Below, one piece after another: positions 8,895 through 18,311 of a stretch of 23,130 bases of DNA. The notes beneath the pieces are model-generated. The model had not been told where the DNA came from. It did no database searches and saw only the letters and a list, made by a program, of their open reading frames with translations. This stretch comes from a virus: the UHGV virus genome UHGV-0077013. One strand, 5' to 3'. Each line of letters starts with the position of its first letter. The first letter of the stretch is position 1. Made by a program: the position numbers and the translations under genes.

Positions 8895-10077
8895 CGGAGG
8901 GTTTCGTGGTCATGTTCATCGGTGTGAGATAGACATCACCACCGGGACGCGGATTCATATCTTCCAGGTCGCGGCAGTCATTGGGAGAGTAAATTCCCCA
9001 GTTAATCCCGGTGGCGTAGGCTTCAAAACGGGACTTCATATCCCCGCGCAGTAACGCCCCGGCGTTAAATTTGGCGTAATAAACGCCCTGCTTACTTTTT
9101 CGTACCAGTCCGGTGTTGATCCGCTGTTCGATGCGGGTCAGATACGGCACCAGTGAATAGTTGATAAATCCGAGCCCCAGTTCTTCGATATTGTTGAAGG
9201 TGGCGCGATCGGTGTTCTGCACCATGTGCAACGGCACCCGGAACAGACGACAGATTTCTTCAAGCTGAAACTTGCGGGTTTCCAGGAACTGGCTGTCCTC
9301 GGCGTTCAGCGCCATCGACTTCCAGTCCAGCCCCATCTCAAGGATCATCGGGCGGTGAGCATTACCAAGCCCGGTGTGACGCTCCTCAAAATCTTTCTTC
9401 AGGCGCTCGTAAGCCTGATCTGACAGCGTCTGCTCTGTACGCAACACACCCGACGTCACCGCGCCATTGCTGAACAGTCTGGCCCCGTGCTCTTCGGTCG
9501 CTGCCGCCAGCGATATTGCCTCGCGGGCATAGGCGATGGGATTCAGTCCCACCAGACCGTCCAGCGTCAGCGTGCGCACATGCCAGATATCTTCCTGGCT
9601 CAGTACATCCGTGGAGCCGTCCGGGAATGTGACCTGGTAAACCGGTTCCCAGCTACTGTTAAGCTTCGGTACCACACAACCTGGGTCGACGGGCAGCAGT
9701 TCAGCCACTTCGCCAAATGCTTTCACTTTGTAGGCGTAAAAGTTTCCCCGCAGGCACAGACAGGTGACCACCAGCTCCCAGAACTCCTGCGGCGTCATAT
9801 AGCCATTGGGACGCGTGGAGATCAGCTTATGCAGACGTTCGCCGGTGGCTCTCTGTTTCAGGCTGCCGTTCAGGTGATACAGGTTGCAGGGCAACATCCC
9901 GACCGACTCCGCCAGCACCCTGACGCAGGAAAAAACCGCCGTCAGTCGCATGGCCCGCTGGCTGCTGATCTGCTTTCCGGTATAGGTGTCATATGACAGC
10001 CCGATAGCATCCGCCAGCTCTGCTGGCGTGGTCACCGGTGCGTCACTTTTTCGTTGAAATAATCCCGAAAAGAACAC
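8836..10077 (-). CDS. Portal protein (HK97 family)
   Basis: 413 aa, in the canonical position after the large terminase. GTG start at 10075-10077 preceded by a GGAGGT Shine-Dalgarno. Confidence 0.88.
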   Translation of the reverse strand: MFFSGLFQRKSDAPVTTPAELADAIGLSYDTYTGKQISSQRAMRLTAVFSCVRVLAESVGMLPCNLYHLNGSLKQRATGERLHKLISTRPNGYMTPQEFWELVVTCLCLRGNFYAYKVKAFGEVAELLPVDPGCVVPKLNSSWEPVYQVTFPDGSTDVLSQEDIWHVRTLTLDGLVGLNPIAYAREAISLAAATEEHGARLFSNGAVTSGVLRTEQTLSDQAYERLKKDFEERHTGLGNAHRPMILEMGLDWKSMALNAEDSQFLETRKFQLEEICRLFRVPLHMVQNTDRATFNNIEELGLGFINYSLVPYLTRIEQRINTGLVRKSKQGVYYAKFNAGALLRGDMKSRFEAYATGINWGIYSPNDCRDLEDMNPRPGGDVYLTPMNMTTKPSDGSKAGKQKDNANADETTS

Positions 10078-10259
10078 TATTTACCTCCGCCGACAGACGG
10101 CTGTGTACGGTCGAGATATCGCGCCACCAGCCACGACCAGAACAGGCACAGCGCCCCGGCAACAACAAACCCCGCCGGGGGATAAATCAGCCAGGCACCA
10201 TACGCCAGCAAAAGCGCACCCAGCACGCCCACCAGAGGCGCGAGAATCAGCATGATCAT
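10077..10259 (-). CDS. Small two-helix membrane protein, function unknown
   Basis: 60 aa ([26 protein letters not shown]...[19 protein letters not shown]) with two predicted transmembrane segments. GAGGTAA Shine-Dalgarno 5 nt before the ATG. Wedged between the terL stop and the portal start. Confidence 0.55.
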   Translation of the reverse strand: MIMLILAPLVGVLGALLLAYGAWLIYPPAGFVVAGALCLFWSWLVARYLDRTQPSVGGGK

Positions 10260-10270
10260 AATTACCTCAG

Positions 10271-12004
10271 TTAAAGCGAGCGGATCCCGTAGGACTCAAT
10301 GTGATCAGACAGCGTGTCTTCTTTCTCGTACAGCATGGCTCTGCCAACCGCCATAATCAGCGCAACTGCACCATCAATTTTGTTTTCCGCCTGCTCTTTG
10401 ACGGGCTTCACCACATCATCGTTACCCGGAATGGTTTTGCCGACCACATTGCCGATACACCAGGTCATGATGGGATTGCCGTCATGATGAAAGCGCTCCG
10501 ATTCAATCGCCGCTTCCAGTTCTTTCATCGGATCGGACATGTTGGTGTAGTTCTGAATGATGGTGATGGGGTTCAGGTCTTCATCAGCAAGGTCATGCGA
10601 CAACCCGGTCGCCCCGAAGGGGTCGATGGGTGACTCACTGACCGGGCTGATTTTGTTCGCCGCTTTGGCCTCCTCGAGGATGTAGCGATAATCCACCTCT
10701 GCACCATCGGTAACGGTCAGAACGCCCATTTCCACCCATTTCTGAAAGCGTTCGGCTGTCCGGCGATCTTCATTTTTCTCGACGCTGTACACCGTGTCAT
10801 ACGGTACCCAGAAGCGCGGAGCCACACTGTAGTAATGCGTTTTACCGTCAATCTCGCGGGTATAAAGTCGCGCCATGCTGTTCATATCCAGCTTACGCGC
10901 CAGGTCAAAGGCCAGAATGCACGGCTGCCCCTCGAACTGCTCAAGGGTCAGTGATTTATCCTCGCAGCTCTGCCAGCTCACCAGGTTGAAATACGCCGAA
11001 CGCGCCGACACCCAGATATTGAGGTGTTTTGTTTTAAAGACGTTTGCCAGACGGGCGTTATTTTTCGCACGCTGCTGCTGACTTAACAAAAATTCGCGAT
11101 AAACCGACACGCCAATATTTGGATTGGCTTTTTCCAGCACCTGCGGGTCGGTCCAGTCGTCACCTTCATCAACGGTATAGATGATCCCGAACAGTTCATC
11201 GTTAGGCACCGAGCCGTTGAGCATCTCGATAACTTCCCGCCGCTTGTCGTAGCACGGCCCCTCAATGTTGTACCCGGCAGTAGTAATGGCCCACATCAGT
11301 GGCTGACGTCGCGCCCCCATCCCGGTAAGCATCGTGGTGTAAAGCGCATCGGTGGCGTGCTCGTGATATTCATCCACCACCGCACAGTGGGGTGATGATC
11401 CATCACCGGGGTTACCGATCAGCGGTTCAAACCGCGCGCCATCCTCCGGACGGTTCATGTTTGAGGCGTTAACCTCAATCCCGAACGCTTCCGTCAGCAT
11501 GGGTGTGCGTTTACACATCAGTCGCGCCGGGCGAAAGACTTCCCACGCCTGTTTCTCTGTCGTGGCACCGGAATACACTTCCGCGCCAAACTCGTTATCA
11601 CAGGCAAAACAATACAGGGCAACACCGGCAGAGATTGCTGATTTGCCGTTCTTACGGGGGATTTCGGTATACACCTCCCGGAAGCGGCGCAACCGGGTGC
11701 CTTTATTGACCCAGCCAAACGCACAGCAGATCACAAATAGCTGCCACGGCTCCAGCGTGATGGGCATCCGTTTAAATGCCCACTCACCCTTGGTGTGCGG
11801 CAACAGCTGAATAAATTTGGCGGCCCGTTCAGCCAGATCCTTGTCGAAGCGGTAACGAAACGACTTACTTTTTTCCGCCATCAGGTCATCAAGATGGCGC
11901 TGGCAGGCCTGAATCACAAACTGGCAGGCCACAATCTTTCCGCGCACGACATCCCGGGCATACTGATTGGCAGCATTTACGTTGGGGTAAGATTTCCGGC
12001 TCAT
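10271..12004 (-). CDS. terL: Terminase large subunit
   Basis: 577 aa with Walker A-like IPRKNGKS and a C-terminal nuclease-like region. Follows the small terminase gene. Confidence 0.92.
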   Translation of the reverse strand: MSRKSYPNVNAANQYARDVVRGKIVACQFVIQACQRHLDDLMAEKSKSFRYRFDKDLAERAAKFIQLLPHTKGEWAFKRMPITLEPWQLFVICCAFGWVNKGTRLRRFREVYTEIPRKNGKSAISAGVALYCFACDNEFGAEVYSGATTEKQAWEVFRPARLMCKRTPMLTEAFGIEVNASNMNRPEDGARFEPLIGNPGDGSSPHCAVVDEYHEHATDALYTTMLTGMGARRQPLMWAITTAGYNIEGPCYDKRREVIEMLNGSVPNDELFGIIYTVDEGDDWTDPQVLEKANPNIGVSVYREFLLSQQQRAKNNARLANVFKTKHLNIWVSARSAYFNLVSWQSCEDKSLTLEQFEGQPCILAFDLARKLDMNSMARLYTREIDGKTHYYSVAPRFWVPYDTVYSVEKNEDRRTAERFQKWVEMGVLTVTDGAEVDYRYILEEAKAANKISPVSESPIDPFGATGLSHDLADEDLNPITIIQNYTNMSDPMKELEAAIESERFHHDGNPIMTWCIGNVVGKTIPGNDDVVKPVKEQAENKIDGAVALIMAVGRAMLYEKEDTLSDHIESYGIRSL

Positions 12005-12017
12005 GATTCGATGATTT

Positions 12018-12503
12018 TCAGATTGTCAGAAACGGGTTAGTGGCTTTCTTCTTCCCCGCCAGGCCAATCAGACGCTGTCGGCTGCTGGGGTCGAGTCCGA
12101 GCATTGCCCCCGTGCTGCTCATCTCGGACTCCTGTTCTTTTTTGGCGGTCAGCTCCGGATTTTTGACCATGCCACCCATTGCACCGGTGATGGTGTTACC
12201 CTGTCTGGCAATATTTTTCACGGCACGTCGCCAGAACTCATAGGCCACACACCACCGCTCAAGTACCGCCAGGTCAGTCACGCACAGCAGGCCCTGACCG
12301 CAGAGTTCTTTGGTTGTCAGTTGCCACATGATCGTGGCGAGAGGGAGATCTTCTTCAGCGAACCACTCCGGTGGCTCAACACCTTTGATGGGCGTAAAAA
12401 CAGGTTCATCTTTATTCAGGGCTCGCTTGCCGGGGTTTCCGGCCAGCGCCTTGCGCGCCGTTGGCTTGGGGCGACGCCCGGAACGCCCCGCCGTTCCAGC
12501 CAT
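12018..12503 (-). CDS. terS: Terminase small subunit (P27-family-like)
   Basis: N-terminus [30 protein letters not shown] is typical of P27-family small terminases. Preferred start is the ATG at 12501-12503 with an AGGAG Shine-Dalgarno; the track ORF begins at an upstream GTG (12512). Confidence 0.85.
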   Translation of the reverse strand: MAGTAGRSGRRPKPTARKALAGNPGKRALNKDEPVFTPIKGVEPPEWFAEEDLPLATIMWQLTTKELCGQGLLCVTDLAVLERWCVAYEFWRRAVKNIARQGNTITGAMGGMVKNPELTAKKEQESEMSSTGAMLGLDPSSRQRLIGLAGKKKATNPFLTI

Positions 12504-12713
12504 ATGCGGCACTCCTGGTTAAATTTCATTTTTCGCGGGTATAAAAAAACGATGGGGCGGGCAGTCCCGGATAGTCAGGGCTGTAGAGATTTGACTACCC
12601 CCTCCCCACTGGATTCAGGTTACTGCTATTCCGTTAATCGCTGCTTACGGGGATAGCTGCGTTGTGATTTTGACCATTCAGGTCGCCGCTATTTCCTCAC
12701 CGATTGGGTGCTA

Positions 12714-12742
12714 CGCGTGCGCGTACTTGTCCCGAAATACCA
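12714..12742 (-). promoter_or_regulatory. Conserved ~27-nt motif in the late-operon leader, also present in the early region at 19061-19089
   Basis: Plus-strand CGCGTGCGCGTACTTGTCCCGAAATACCA here versus GCGCGTGCGTACTTGTCCCGAAAACACCA at 19061-19089. Degenerate copies of the GTGCGCGTACT core occur at 18850 and 18966. Confidence 0.35.
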
Positions 12743-12753
12743 GAAACCGCCAG

Positions 12754-12775
12754 CCAGAGGATGATTTCCCTCTGG
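12754..12775 (-). terminator. Hairpin 3' of the PerC-like gene (weak terminator / attenuator candidate)
   Basis: Inverted repeat CCAGAGG-ATGATTTC-CCTCTGG. Only short U-runs follow on the transcript. Confidence 0.3.
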
Positions 12776-12779
12776 TGGT

Positions 12780-13061
12780 CTACCTTTGCCTCTTGCCGCC
12801 ATTTAACCGGAAGGCGTTACCGTTCGGTTGCGCTATCCCCATGCGGTGTTGCGTTTCGGTAACAGCTTTATGCAGGTCGCCAAAGTCCTCAACCTTCACG
12901 GGCGGGCGCTTCACGTTCTCCAGACACGTTTCACGGCGGCGCTTTATCCATTCCCGATCATCGTCCTCGGTGCATAACAGCATGACTTCCATCCATCGCG
13001 CTGCGGCGCGTCGGTACAGCCCTTTTGCTTCCAGATCCTCGGCTTTACTGTCGTTTACCAT
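12780..13061 (-). CDS. PerC-family-like small transcriptional regulator
   Basis: 93 aa; AEDLEAKGLYRRAAARWMEVM...DREWIKRRRETC resembles the PerC/Pch-type activator pattern as recalled. GGGGAG Shine-Dalgarno; sits directly upstream of the packaging operon. Confidence 0.5.
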   Translation of the reverse strand: MVNDSKAEDLEAKGLYRRAAARWMEVMLLCTEDDDREWIKRRRETCLENVKRPPVKVEDFGDLHKAVTETQHRMGIAQPNGNAFRLNGGKRQR

Positions 13062-13063
13062 GT

Positions 13064-13534
13064 TTATCTCCCCCAGAATGGCGTTTCATCGTCGAATGGT
13101 GGGCGTTGGTCAAAATCATCAGGGGTATTATATAACTCCCATCCCGGCGCGGATTGTGTTGTGTGGCCCCTGCTGGCTCCGCTTGCTTTGACTGATTCGG
13201 CCCGCTTCCCGCCGGGGCGTACCGTTCTGGCGCTGATCACGCTGTCGGCTACTACCTGATAACCTTGCTGTGTACCGCCATCCTTGCCCGTCCACTGATT
13301 GATCTGCATCGCTCCGGCAACACTGACTAAATCGCCTTTAACGTGTCCTGCCAGTGCGTCGGCCTGTTTGCCGAATGCCACCACGCCCAGCCAGAAAGTA
13401 ACCTCTCCGCCCTCTGCTGCATGGCAGGGCAGTGCCACCGCTAACCGGCCCATTGCCATGCTTGTACCGTTTGCTGTGGTACGGGTCTGGGGATCTGCCA
13501 CCAGCCGCCCGTATGCTGAAATTTGTGCTGTCAT
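13064..13534 (-). CDS. ssb: Single-stranded DNA-binding protein
   Basis: 156 aa with an OB-fold-like N-terminal half, a Gly-rich linker and an acidic C-terminal tail (DDFDQRPPFDDETPF) reminiscent of the SSB DDDIPF tip. Confidence 0.7.
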   Translation of the reverse strand: MTAQISAYGRLVADPQTRTTANGTSMAMGRLAVALPCHAAEGGEVTFWLGVVAFGKQADALAGHVKGDLVSVAGAMQINQWTGKDGGTQQGYQVVADSVISARTVRPGGKRAESVKASGASRGHTTQSAPGWELYNTPDDFDQRPPFDDETPFWGR

Positions 13535-13833
13535 AGATATTTCCTCATGTAGTCACTACCTCCGGGGATAATTTTCATTTCTTCCCTTAAAGGCCACTGC
13601 TCCGCCATTGCTGCGGTCGAGTGATTCCCGTCATCACGTCCGGCCTGTGCTGCCGTCCAGTGTGTTGCATATTCTGTAAATCCAATTTCTGCTGGCTGCC
13701 TCATCCAGTGGGCGATCATCCTCAAGGTCATTTGCAGGCTTTGGGTGTCGCCCTGTAATGCGCGTTTGTCAGTAAACCCCTTCAATGCTTCACGCTCCTG
13801 ATAGGTCATTTTCTGGCTGGTTTCTGTATTCAT
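13531..13833 (-). CDS. Hypothetical protein
   Basis: 100-aa ORF with AAGGTGG Shine-Dalgarno and an ATGA overlap with ssb. Confidence 0.5.
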   Translation of the reverse strand: MNTETSQKMTYQEREALKGFTDKRALQGDTQSLQMTLRMIAHWMRQPAEIGFTEYATHWTAAQAGRDDGNHSTAAMAEQWPLREEMKIIPGGSDYMRKYL

Positions 13834-13887
13834 TGCCCACCTTCGTTATAAGCTACCCCCCCCATAGAATCTTTTTGGGGGTGTAAT

Positions 13888-14136
13888 ATCCCTACCAATC
13901 CCTACTAACTGTCTCAGGCCACGAATGGCAAGGCTTTCAGACTGGTAGGCATTCAATTTTGTTGCCCTACATAACCCTACTTATCCCTACTAAATCACTT
14001 CAACGGCATTTTACTGCCTGTTTTATTTGGTAGGGATATGTAGGGATAAGTAGGGATAAAAATATATATCCCTACCTAGTTTAAAGCCTTGCTACGTCTG
14101 GCCTCGTCTCGTTTTTAGTAGGGCAGTAGGGATAAG
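13888..14136. repeat. Iteron array (about 11 copies of a GTAGGGATA-type unit) flanking an AT-rich spacer: putative replication origin / crr-like site
   Basis: CCCTAC cores at 13890, 13900, 13965, 13975, 13985 and 14070. GTAGGG cores at 14030, 14040, 14050, 14118 and 14126, plus a partial at 13944. Several are in 10-bp phased tandems. Opposed triplets flank a 39-bp AT-rich spacer (13991-14029). Lies immediately 3' of the primase/helicase gene. Confidence 0.7.
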
Positions 14137-14152
14137 TGCCGCCGTAAAAGTT

Positions 14153-16594
14153 TCAATCATCACTCTGCCCGCTCTCCACACCGTAAGCGCGTGGCATGAA
14201 CTCCTCAGCCTTCTCGTTATAGCCAACGTTGGTTTGCGCTCTGCCGTTAATGCTTCTCGTCAGGTAGCTGGCTCGGTACTCTTTTGCTGCTGATTTTATG
14301 GCGCGTGAAAACTTATTGACGGAAAGCGGTTTACCCAAACCGTGATACTCCATAAACGCCAGATAAAGATGATAAAGATACGTCCTCGGCTCTGGCTGGC
14401 CTGCCCATGTACCTCCGCCCATCATCATGCCTTTGGGTTCGTTCATGAAAAAAAGCGCCGCACACATATCGACAACCGGATCCGTGCCGCGTTTAACCTC
14501 TAGCGCCTCCTGCGAATCGCGCTGCTCTAGTAATAGTGCTTTTGCTTTGTTCTGGTCGGCAAAGGTGGTTAGCAGGTGGCGGATAATCACCGGGATTTCT
14601 CGCCTGATTTTTGCTGTTAAATCCGGGTCTTTGTCTGCGTCTGATACCGGGTTATTAAACGGGAATATCACGCGGCGGCGGGCAATGCCCCCGTTTCGCT
14701 CCGTGAATGTCATCGGCTCGTTATTGGTTGCCATAACAACGGCATTTATCACGGTTGTGAACTGCTTTTCATATTTCCCATCAATCTCTACCGGATCGCC
14801 GCCCGTAATGGCTTTAATCCCCGCACCCTCTCCAACATAGCGGGTCTGGTCAGGCATAATAATCAGGCTTTTTCCTACGAACTGCGCCCGTCCCCGTGCG
14901 GTGTCCAGCGTCATCATGCTACCGCTGGCGGTGTTGTGTTCACCTGCCAGCGTGGTTGCTATACTGCTGAATACGGATTTCCCACTGCCGCCCTCGCCAG
15001 TTATCTCAATGAATAGCTGCCAGTCGTGACGCTTCGCCAGCACCATAAACAAGGCTGCTTTGATACGCTCGGCCTTATGATGGTCGCCAGCCGTTGCATG
15101 ATTCAGCCAACGGGTAAAATTGGGGGCGCTGGTGGTAATATTTTCCCCCGGCGCTGGCGGGGTGTAGGTGATCCCATTGTGGTTCATCAGCCAGTTACCC
15201 GGCGAATGGGCGGAAAACGTCTGCGTGGCGAGGTCATAAACGCCGTTATCAAAACCAATCAGATCCCCGCTCCGCTCACCAATTACCGGTATTTGCAGCT
15301 TCATGGTTGCGACAACCGATTTAATCCCCTTTTCGGTGTAGTGGGCTTCGTGCTCGTCGAAAATTGCCACCATAACCCTTTCTAATTCACTGTCTGGTAG
15401 CTTCACCCATACGCCAGATTCGTAGCAGTAAACAGTGCCACTATCAGGGTTAACCGCCAACATATCCCATCGAGATGAAAGCAACCGCGCTTTCTGGCTG
15501 GCTGCCATTTGTGCAATATCTCCGACTTCGGCTTTACGGCGGGATTTACCGCCCGCAATGGCCTGTAGTTGTGGTTTCACGGCTTCCCCCTGAATCTGGT
15601 ACATCGAATCGTTAAACGCAGCCGTAGCGACTTCCAGCCCGTTTTGCTGGCGGTAGTCGTCCCAGTCGGCTTTGTAGTCTGTCGGCGGCAGCGCCACCCA
15701 GCCAGCCACGGATAATGCTGCTTTCTCTGCGGCATCTTTGCCCGTGTTCGCCTGTTCGTCCTGCTGGTGGTCGTTATCTGCGGCAATGATAATTTGCGAC
15801 TGCGGGTGTTTCCGGCGCATTACTCTGGCAACGTGGATCAGGTTCCCGGCGTCAATTGCCGACACTGTAAGCGCGTCCGGGCGCATCAGGTGAACGGACA
15901 GGGCCGTCGCCAGCCCCTCGGCAATTAATACGCTCTGCGGCTGTTCCGGTGCGTTAACGGCGTGATATGCCCCGCGCTTTGCTGAACCTGTCAGGAGTCG
16001 CTTCTCTCCCTGCGGTGTAATGGTTTGCGCTGCTGCCACTGCGCCGGATTCGTCCACCAGCTCCAGCAATAACGAACCATCCGGCATTACCGGATATTTA
16101 AACCCGGTCAGCCCTTTTGATTGCAGGTAATCAGATTCGCCCTGTGTGGCACTCTGGCGCATTCCGGCATACAGACGGGCAAACGTAGCCCTTCGCTGCT
16201 CTGCGTCCTCTGCTGCCTGTTTCTGGCGCTCCTGCTCACGCTGCTGGCGGTCAGCTTCCAGTTGCTCCCTTCTATGGCTCGCTGCCACCGGATCGGTTTC
16301 CGCTGCCCGGTAATCAATACCCAGCACATCAGCGGCAAGCCTCGCCGCTTCTGTGGTGGCGCAGTTGTTCACCTTCTTAATCAGGTCTAAACCGTCACCA
16401 GCGCCACACTGATTGCAGATAAAGCTACCGCGCCCGTTGTCGTCGAATCTGAAACGGTCTTTTCCACCACATGCAGGGCATGGAGAATGGCGGCGCGATG
16501 AATCAGGCACGTCGATAGACAATCCAGCCAGCACATAAGGCCAGCGCCCGGCGGCGGCACTGGTCACTTCGCGGATAAGGTCGATATTACGCAT
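14153..16594 (-). CDS. P4 alpha-like primase/helicase (zinc-binding primase domain plus P-loop NTPase)
   Basis: N-terminal zinc ribbon CPACGGKDRFRFDDNGRGSFICNQCGAGDG, a TOPRIM-like IIAADNDH motif, and Walker A GEGGSGKS. Preferred start is the ATG at 16592-16594, coupled (ATGCGTAA) to the upstream ORF; the track ORF extends to 16651. Confidence 0.9.
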   Translation of the reverse strand: MRNIDLIREVTSAAAGRWPYVLAGLSIDVPDSSRRHSPCPACGGKDRFRFDDNGRGSFICNQCGAGDGLDLIKKVNNCATTEAARLAADVLGIDYRAAETDPVAASHRREQLEADRQQREQERQKQAAEDAEQRRATFARLYAGMRQSATQGESDYLQSKGLTGFKYPVMPDGSLLLELVDESGAVAAAQTITPQGEKRLLTGSAKRGAYHAVNAPEQPQSVLIAEGLATALSVHLMRPDALTVSAIDAGNLIHVARVMRRKHPQSQIIIAADNDHQQDEQANTGKDAAEKAALSVAGWVALPPTDYKADWDDYRQQNGLEVATAAFNDSMYQIQGEAVKPQLQAIAGGKSRRKAEVGDIAQMAASQKARLLSSRWDMLAVNPDSGTVYCYESGVWVKLPDSELERVMVAIFDEHEAHYTEKGIKSVVATMKLQIPVIGERSGDLIGFDNGVYDLATQTFSAHSPGNWLMNHNGITYTPPAPGENITTSAPNFTRWLNHATAGDHHKAERIKAALFMVLAKRHDWQLFIEITGEGGSGKSVFSSIATTLAGEHNTASGSMMTLDTARGRAQFVGKSLIIMPDQTRYVGEGAGIKAITGGDPVEIDGKYEKQFTTVINAVVMATNNEPMTFTERNGGIARRRVIFPFNNPVSDADKDPDLTAKIRREIPVIIRHLLTTFADQNKAKALLLEQRDSQEALEVKRGTDPVVDMCAALFFMNEPKGMMMGGGTWAGQPEPRTYLYHLYLAFMEYHGLGKPLSVNKFSRAIKSAAKEYRASYLTRSINGRAQTNVGYNEKAEEFMPRAYGVESGQSDD

Positions 16595-16928
16595 GGTTGC
16601 CTCCTGCCACGGTCGCGCCCATGTCTTTAACCATGCTTTGCCATATCTCACGCCCGACGTCAGTCAATCCGTCATTAGTGACGCAACGCTCAAGAAGCTC
16701 GACCCCCACGGTTTCCCACTGCGGGTAGGACACTTTCATGGCTGCCAGTGTGTAGCTATCGATCAGGCTGCGAACGCCTTTTACTCCATTGACGATTTCC
16801 ACACGGACGGCGAGGCCGTCCGCATCAACCATGAAATAGTCACCGCCGCTGGTGGAGGTAATGTGGTTATACAGTGCCGACGCATACTTATTCGCCAGCG
16901 CATTCAGTCTGAAATTTTTAGTAATCAT
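16587..16928 (-). CDS. Hypothetical early protein
   Basis: 113-aa ORF whose stop overlaps the primase start. Confidence 0.5.
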   Translation of the reverse strand: MITKNFRLNALANKYASALYNHITSTSGGDYFMVDADGLAVRVEIVNGVKGVRSLIDSYTLAAMKVSYPQWETVGVELLERCVTNDGLTDVGREIWQSMVKDMGATVAGGNHA

Positions 16929-16937
16929 GTCGCCCCC

Positions 16938-17564
16938 TCAGTGCGGCAGCGGCATTTCAGGCCAGCCGTTTTCATCCAGTTCAGCTATAAAGCTGTTGTG
17001 AAGTTCAGCAAGCGTTTCACGCCCGAACGGGGTCAACTCGCCGCGCTCCGTGTCGATCATGGCCTGATAAAAAACAATGGCGTTCGCTGTTCCCTGCTCA
17101 ATGCCGTAGCGCTCAACCATTGCGCCCTCCATGTTGTTAGCCATCGCCAGACGTTCCGCGAACGGGTAAACCACAATCCCCGCCGTGCCATTGGAGTAAA
17201 TCGCCACCTGCGATGAAGTGCCGTCAGACTCAGTTACCGTGGTTGTGCCGTTTTCGCGCTTCATCTCAGAAATGAACGTCGCAGCAATCAGCCAGCGCCA
17301 CATAGTGACGTTATGCTGCGCGGTGAAGTCGAACCAGCCACGCGCCCCGCCATCAGCAACGGCAAAATGAATGGCGTATCCGATATCTGGCTTATCGTCG
17401 TACTCTCCGGCGTCAAGGCCGTTCACGGCGCTCTCGTAGCTGATAAGAGCAACCTGCTCATATCCCCCGGCATCATTGCGGGTCATGATATTGACGCCGT
17501 GCGGTGTGGCTTCGGCGTGTAATAAGTCGGCATTTCCCGATTTAATGGTCGGTGCGTTGCTCAT
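16938..17564 (-). CDS. Hypothetical early protein
   Basis: 208-aa ORF with an ATGA overlap to the upstream gene. Confidence 0.55.
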   Translation of the reverse strand: MSNAPTIKSGNADLLHAEATPHGVNIMTRNDAGGYEQVALISYESAVNGLDAGEYDDKPDIGYAIHFAVADGGARGWFDFTAQHNVTMWRWLIAATFISEMKRENGTTTVTESDGTSSQVAIYSNGTAGIVVYPFAERLAMANNMEGAMVERYGIEQGTANAIVFYQAMIDTERGELTPFGRETLAELHNSFIAELDENGWPEMPLPH

Positions 17565-17824
17565 GCGCTGCCCTCCGCATCAATTCTGGCTATATCGACA
17601 ATCGTCAGGACTTTACTCAGCCAGCAATACGCGATGGCTGCTTGCTCAACTTCGAGGAGTGGTAATAAATCGGTCATAACGTGAGCCAGCCCATTGCGGG
17701 CGCGGGTCATGCGTTCTGCTGTTCGGTCCGCCAGCGTAAAATCATCCGGGTATGCTTCTTTACGAGATAGCATCGATTCGGCTTCCAGATCTGCCGGGTG
17801 GCGATAGATGGTATTTATGTTCAT
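17561..17824 (-). CDS. Hypothetical early protein
   Basis: 87-aa ORF with ATGA overlaps on both sides. Confidence 0.5.
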   Translation of the reverse strand: MNINTIYRHPADLEAESMLSRKEAYPDDFTLADRTAERMTRARNGLAHVMTDLLPLLEVEQAAIAYCWLSKVLTIVDIARIDAEGSA

Positions 17825-18135
17825 TTGCCCGCCCTCCCTTTGGCTTCTTTTTCACTGATTGAGCGCAAGAATGCGGCGTTTGCAGCGCTATCGTTCAGCG
17901 CCAGCGCAACTTCTCCGATATGTCCCAGCATTGCGCCTAATCTGTACATATCAGCCTTAGCGCTTTCCTCCGGGTAGCCATCGCTACCAGCCGCCCAGAA
18001 CATGAGGCTACCAATGGCACTTACGCCCAGCATTAAATCATCCACGGCATCACTGGCGCAGCTCTCAATTCCTTTCAGATCATCAGGCGTACAACCATCA
18101 AATTTGCAGGACACTAAATCGTTATACATGCTCAT
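17821..18135 (-). CDS. Hypothetical early protein
   Basis: 104-aa ORF with ATGA overlaps on both sides. Confidence 0.5.
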   Translation of the reverse strand: MSMYNDLVSCKFDGCTPDDLKGIESCASDAVDDLMLGVSAIGSLMFWAAGSDGYPEESAKADMYRLGAMLGHIGEVALALNDSAANAAFLRSISEKEAKGRAGK

Positions 18136-18311
18136 GCCGCCACCTCACGAACGCGGGTAATCTGGATGTGGGAAAGGCGTTCATTTCTGGCCTGATTTAG
18201 CGCCTCAGCTTTGGCGCTGATCGCGCTGCGGGCGTCAACGATATAAACGAACTCGACTAATTCGCCGCTCCGGGCGGTGGCGCATCCTGCAACACGGAAG
18301 TAATTAAGCAT
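18132..18311 (-). CDS. Hypothetical small early protein
   Basis: Preferred ATG at 18309-18311 (MLNYFRVAG...), overlapping the upstream stop as CATGCTTAA. The track ORF starts at an upstream TTG (18341). Confidence 0.45.
   Translation of the reverse strand: MLNYFRVAGCATARSGELVEFVYIVDARSAISAKAEALNQARNERLSHIQITRVREVAA

Noticed and set aside
12754-12775. Classic rho-independent terminators at the hairpins (12754-12775, 6960-6980, 19028-19049)
   Set aside because: Stems are present but none is followed by a convincing U-tract on the transcribed strand, so they are reported only as hairpin or attenuator candidates.
7389-13191. Plus-strand and off-frame ORFs across the capsid, portal, terminase and ssb region (for example 7862..8296, 9487..9996, 10301..10633, 11457..11810, 12040..12243, 12321..12656, 12664..13191)
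   Set aside because: Shadow ORFs with no Shine-Dalgarno or coupling support. 12321..12656 and 12664..13191 run through the terS leader, hairpin and motif region, which is better explained as non-coding leader.
16595-16651. Longer primase start (track ORF to 16651), longer terS start (12512), longer lipoprotein start (720) and longer start of the 18132 ORF (18341)
   Set aside because: These extensions begin at GTG or TTG and overlap upstream genes or break the signal peptide. Internal ATG starts with coupling or a Shine-Dalgarno are more plausible.
14427-17216. Plus-strand ORFs inside the primase and early genes (14427..14840, 15026..15385, 16121..16390, 16593..17216)
   Set aside because: Antisense to a high-confidence primase/helicase gene and a coupled operon; no independent support.
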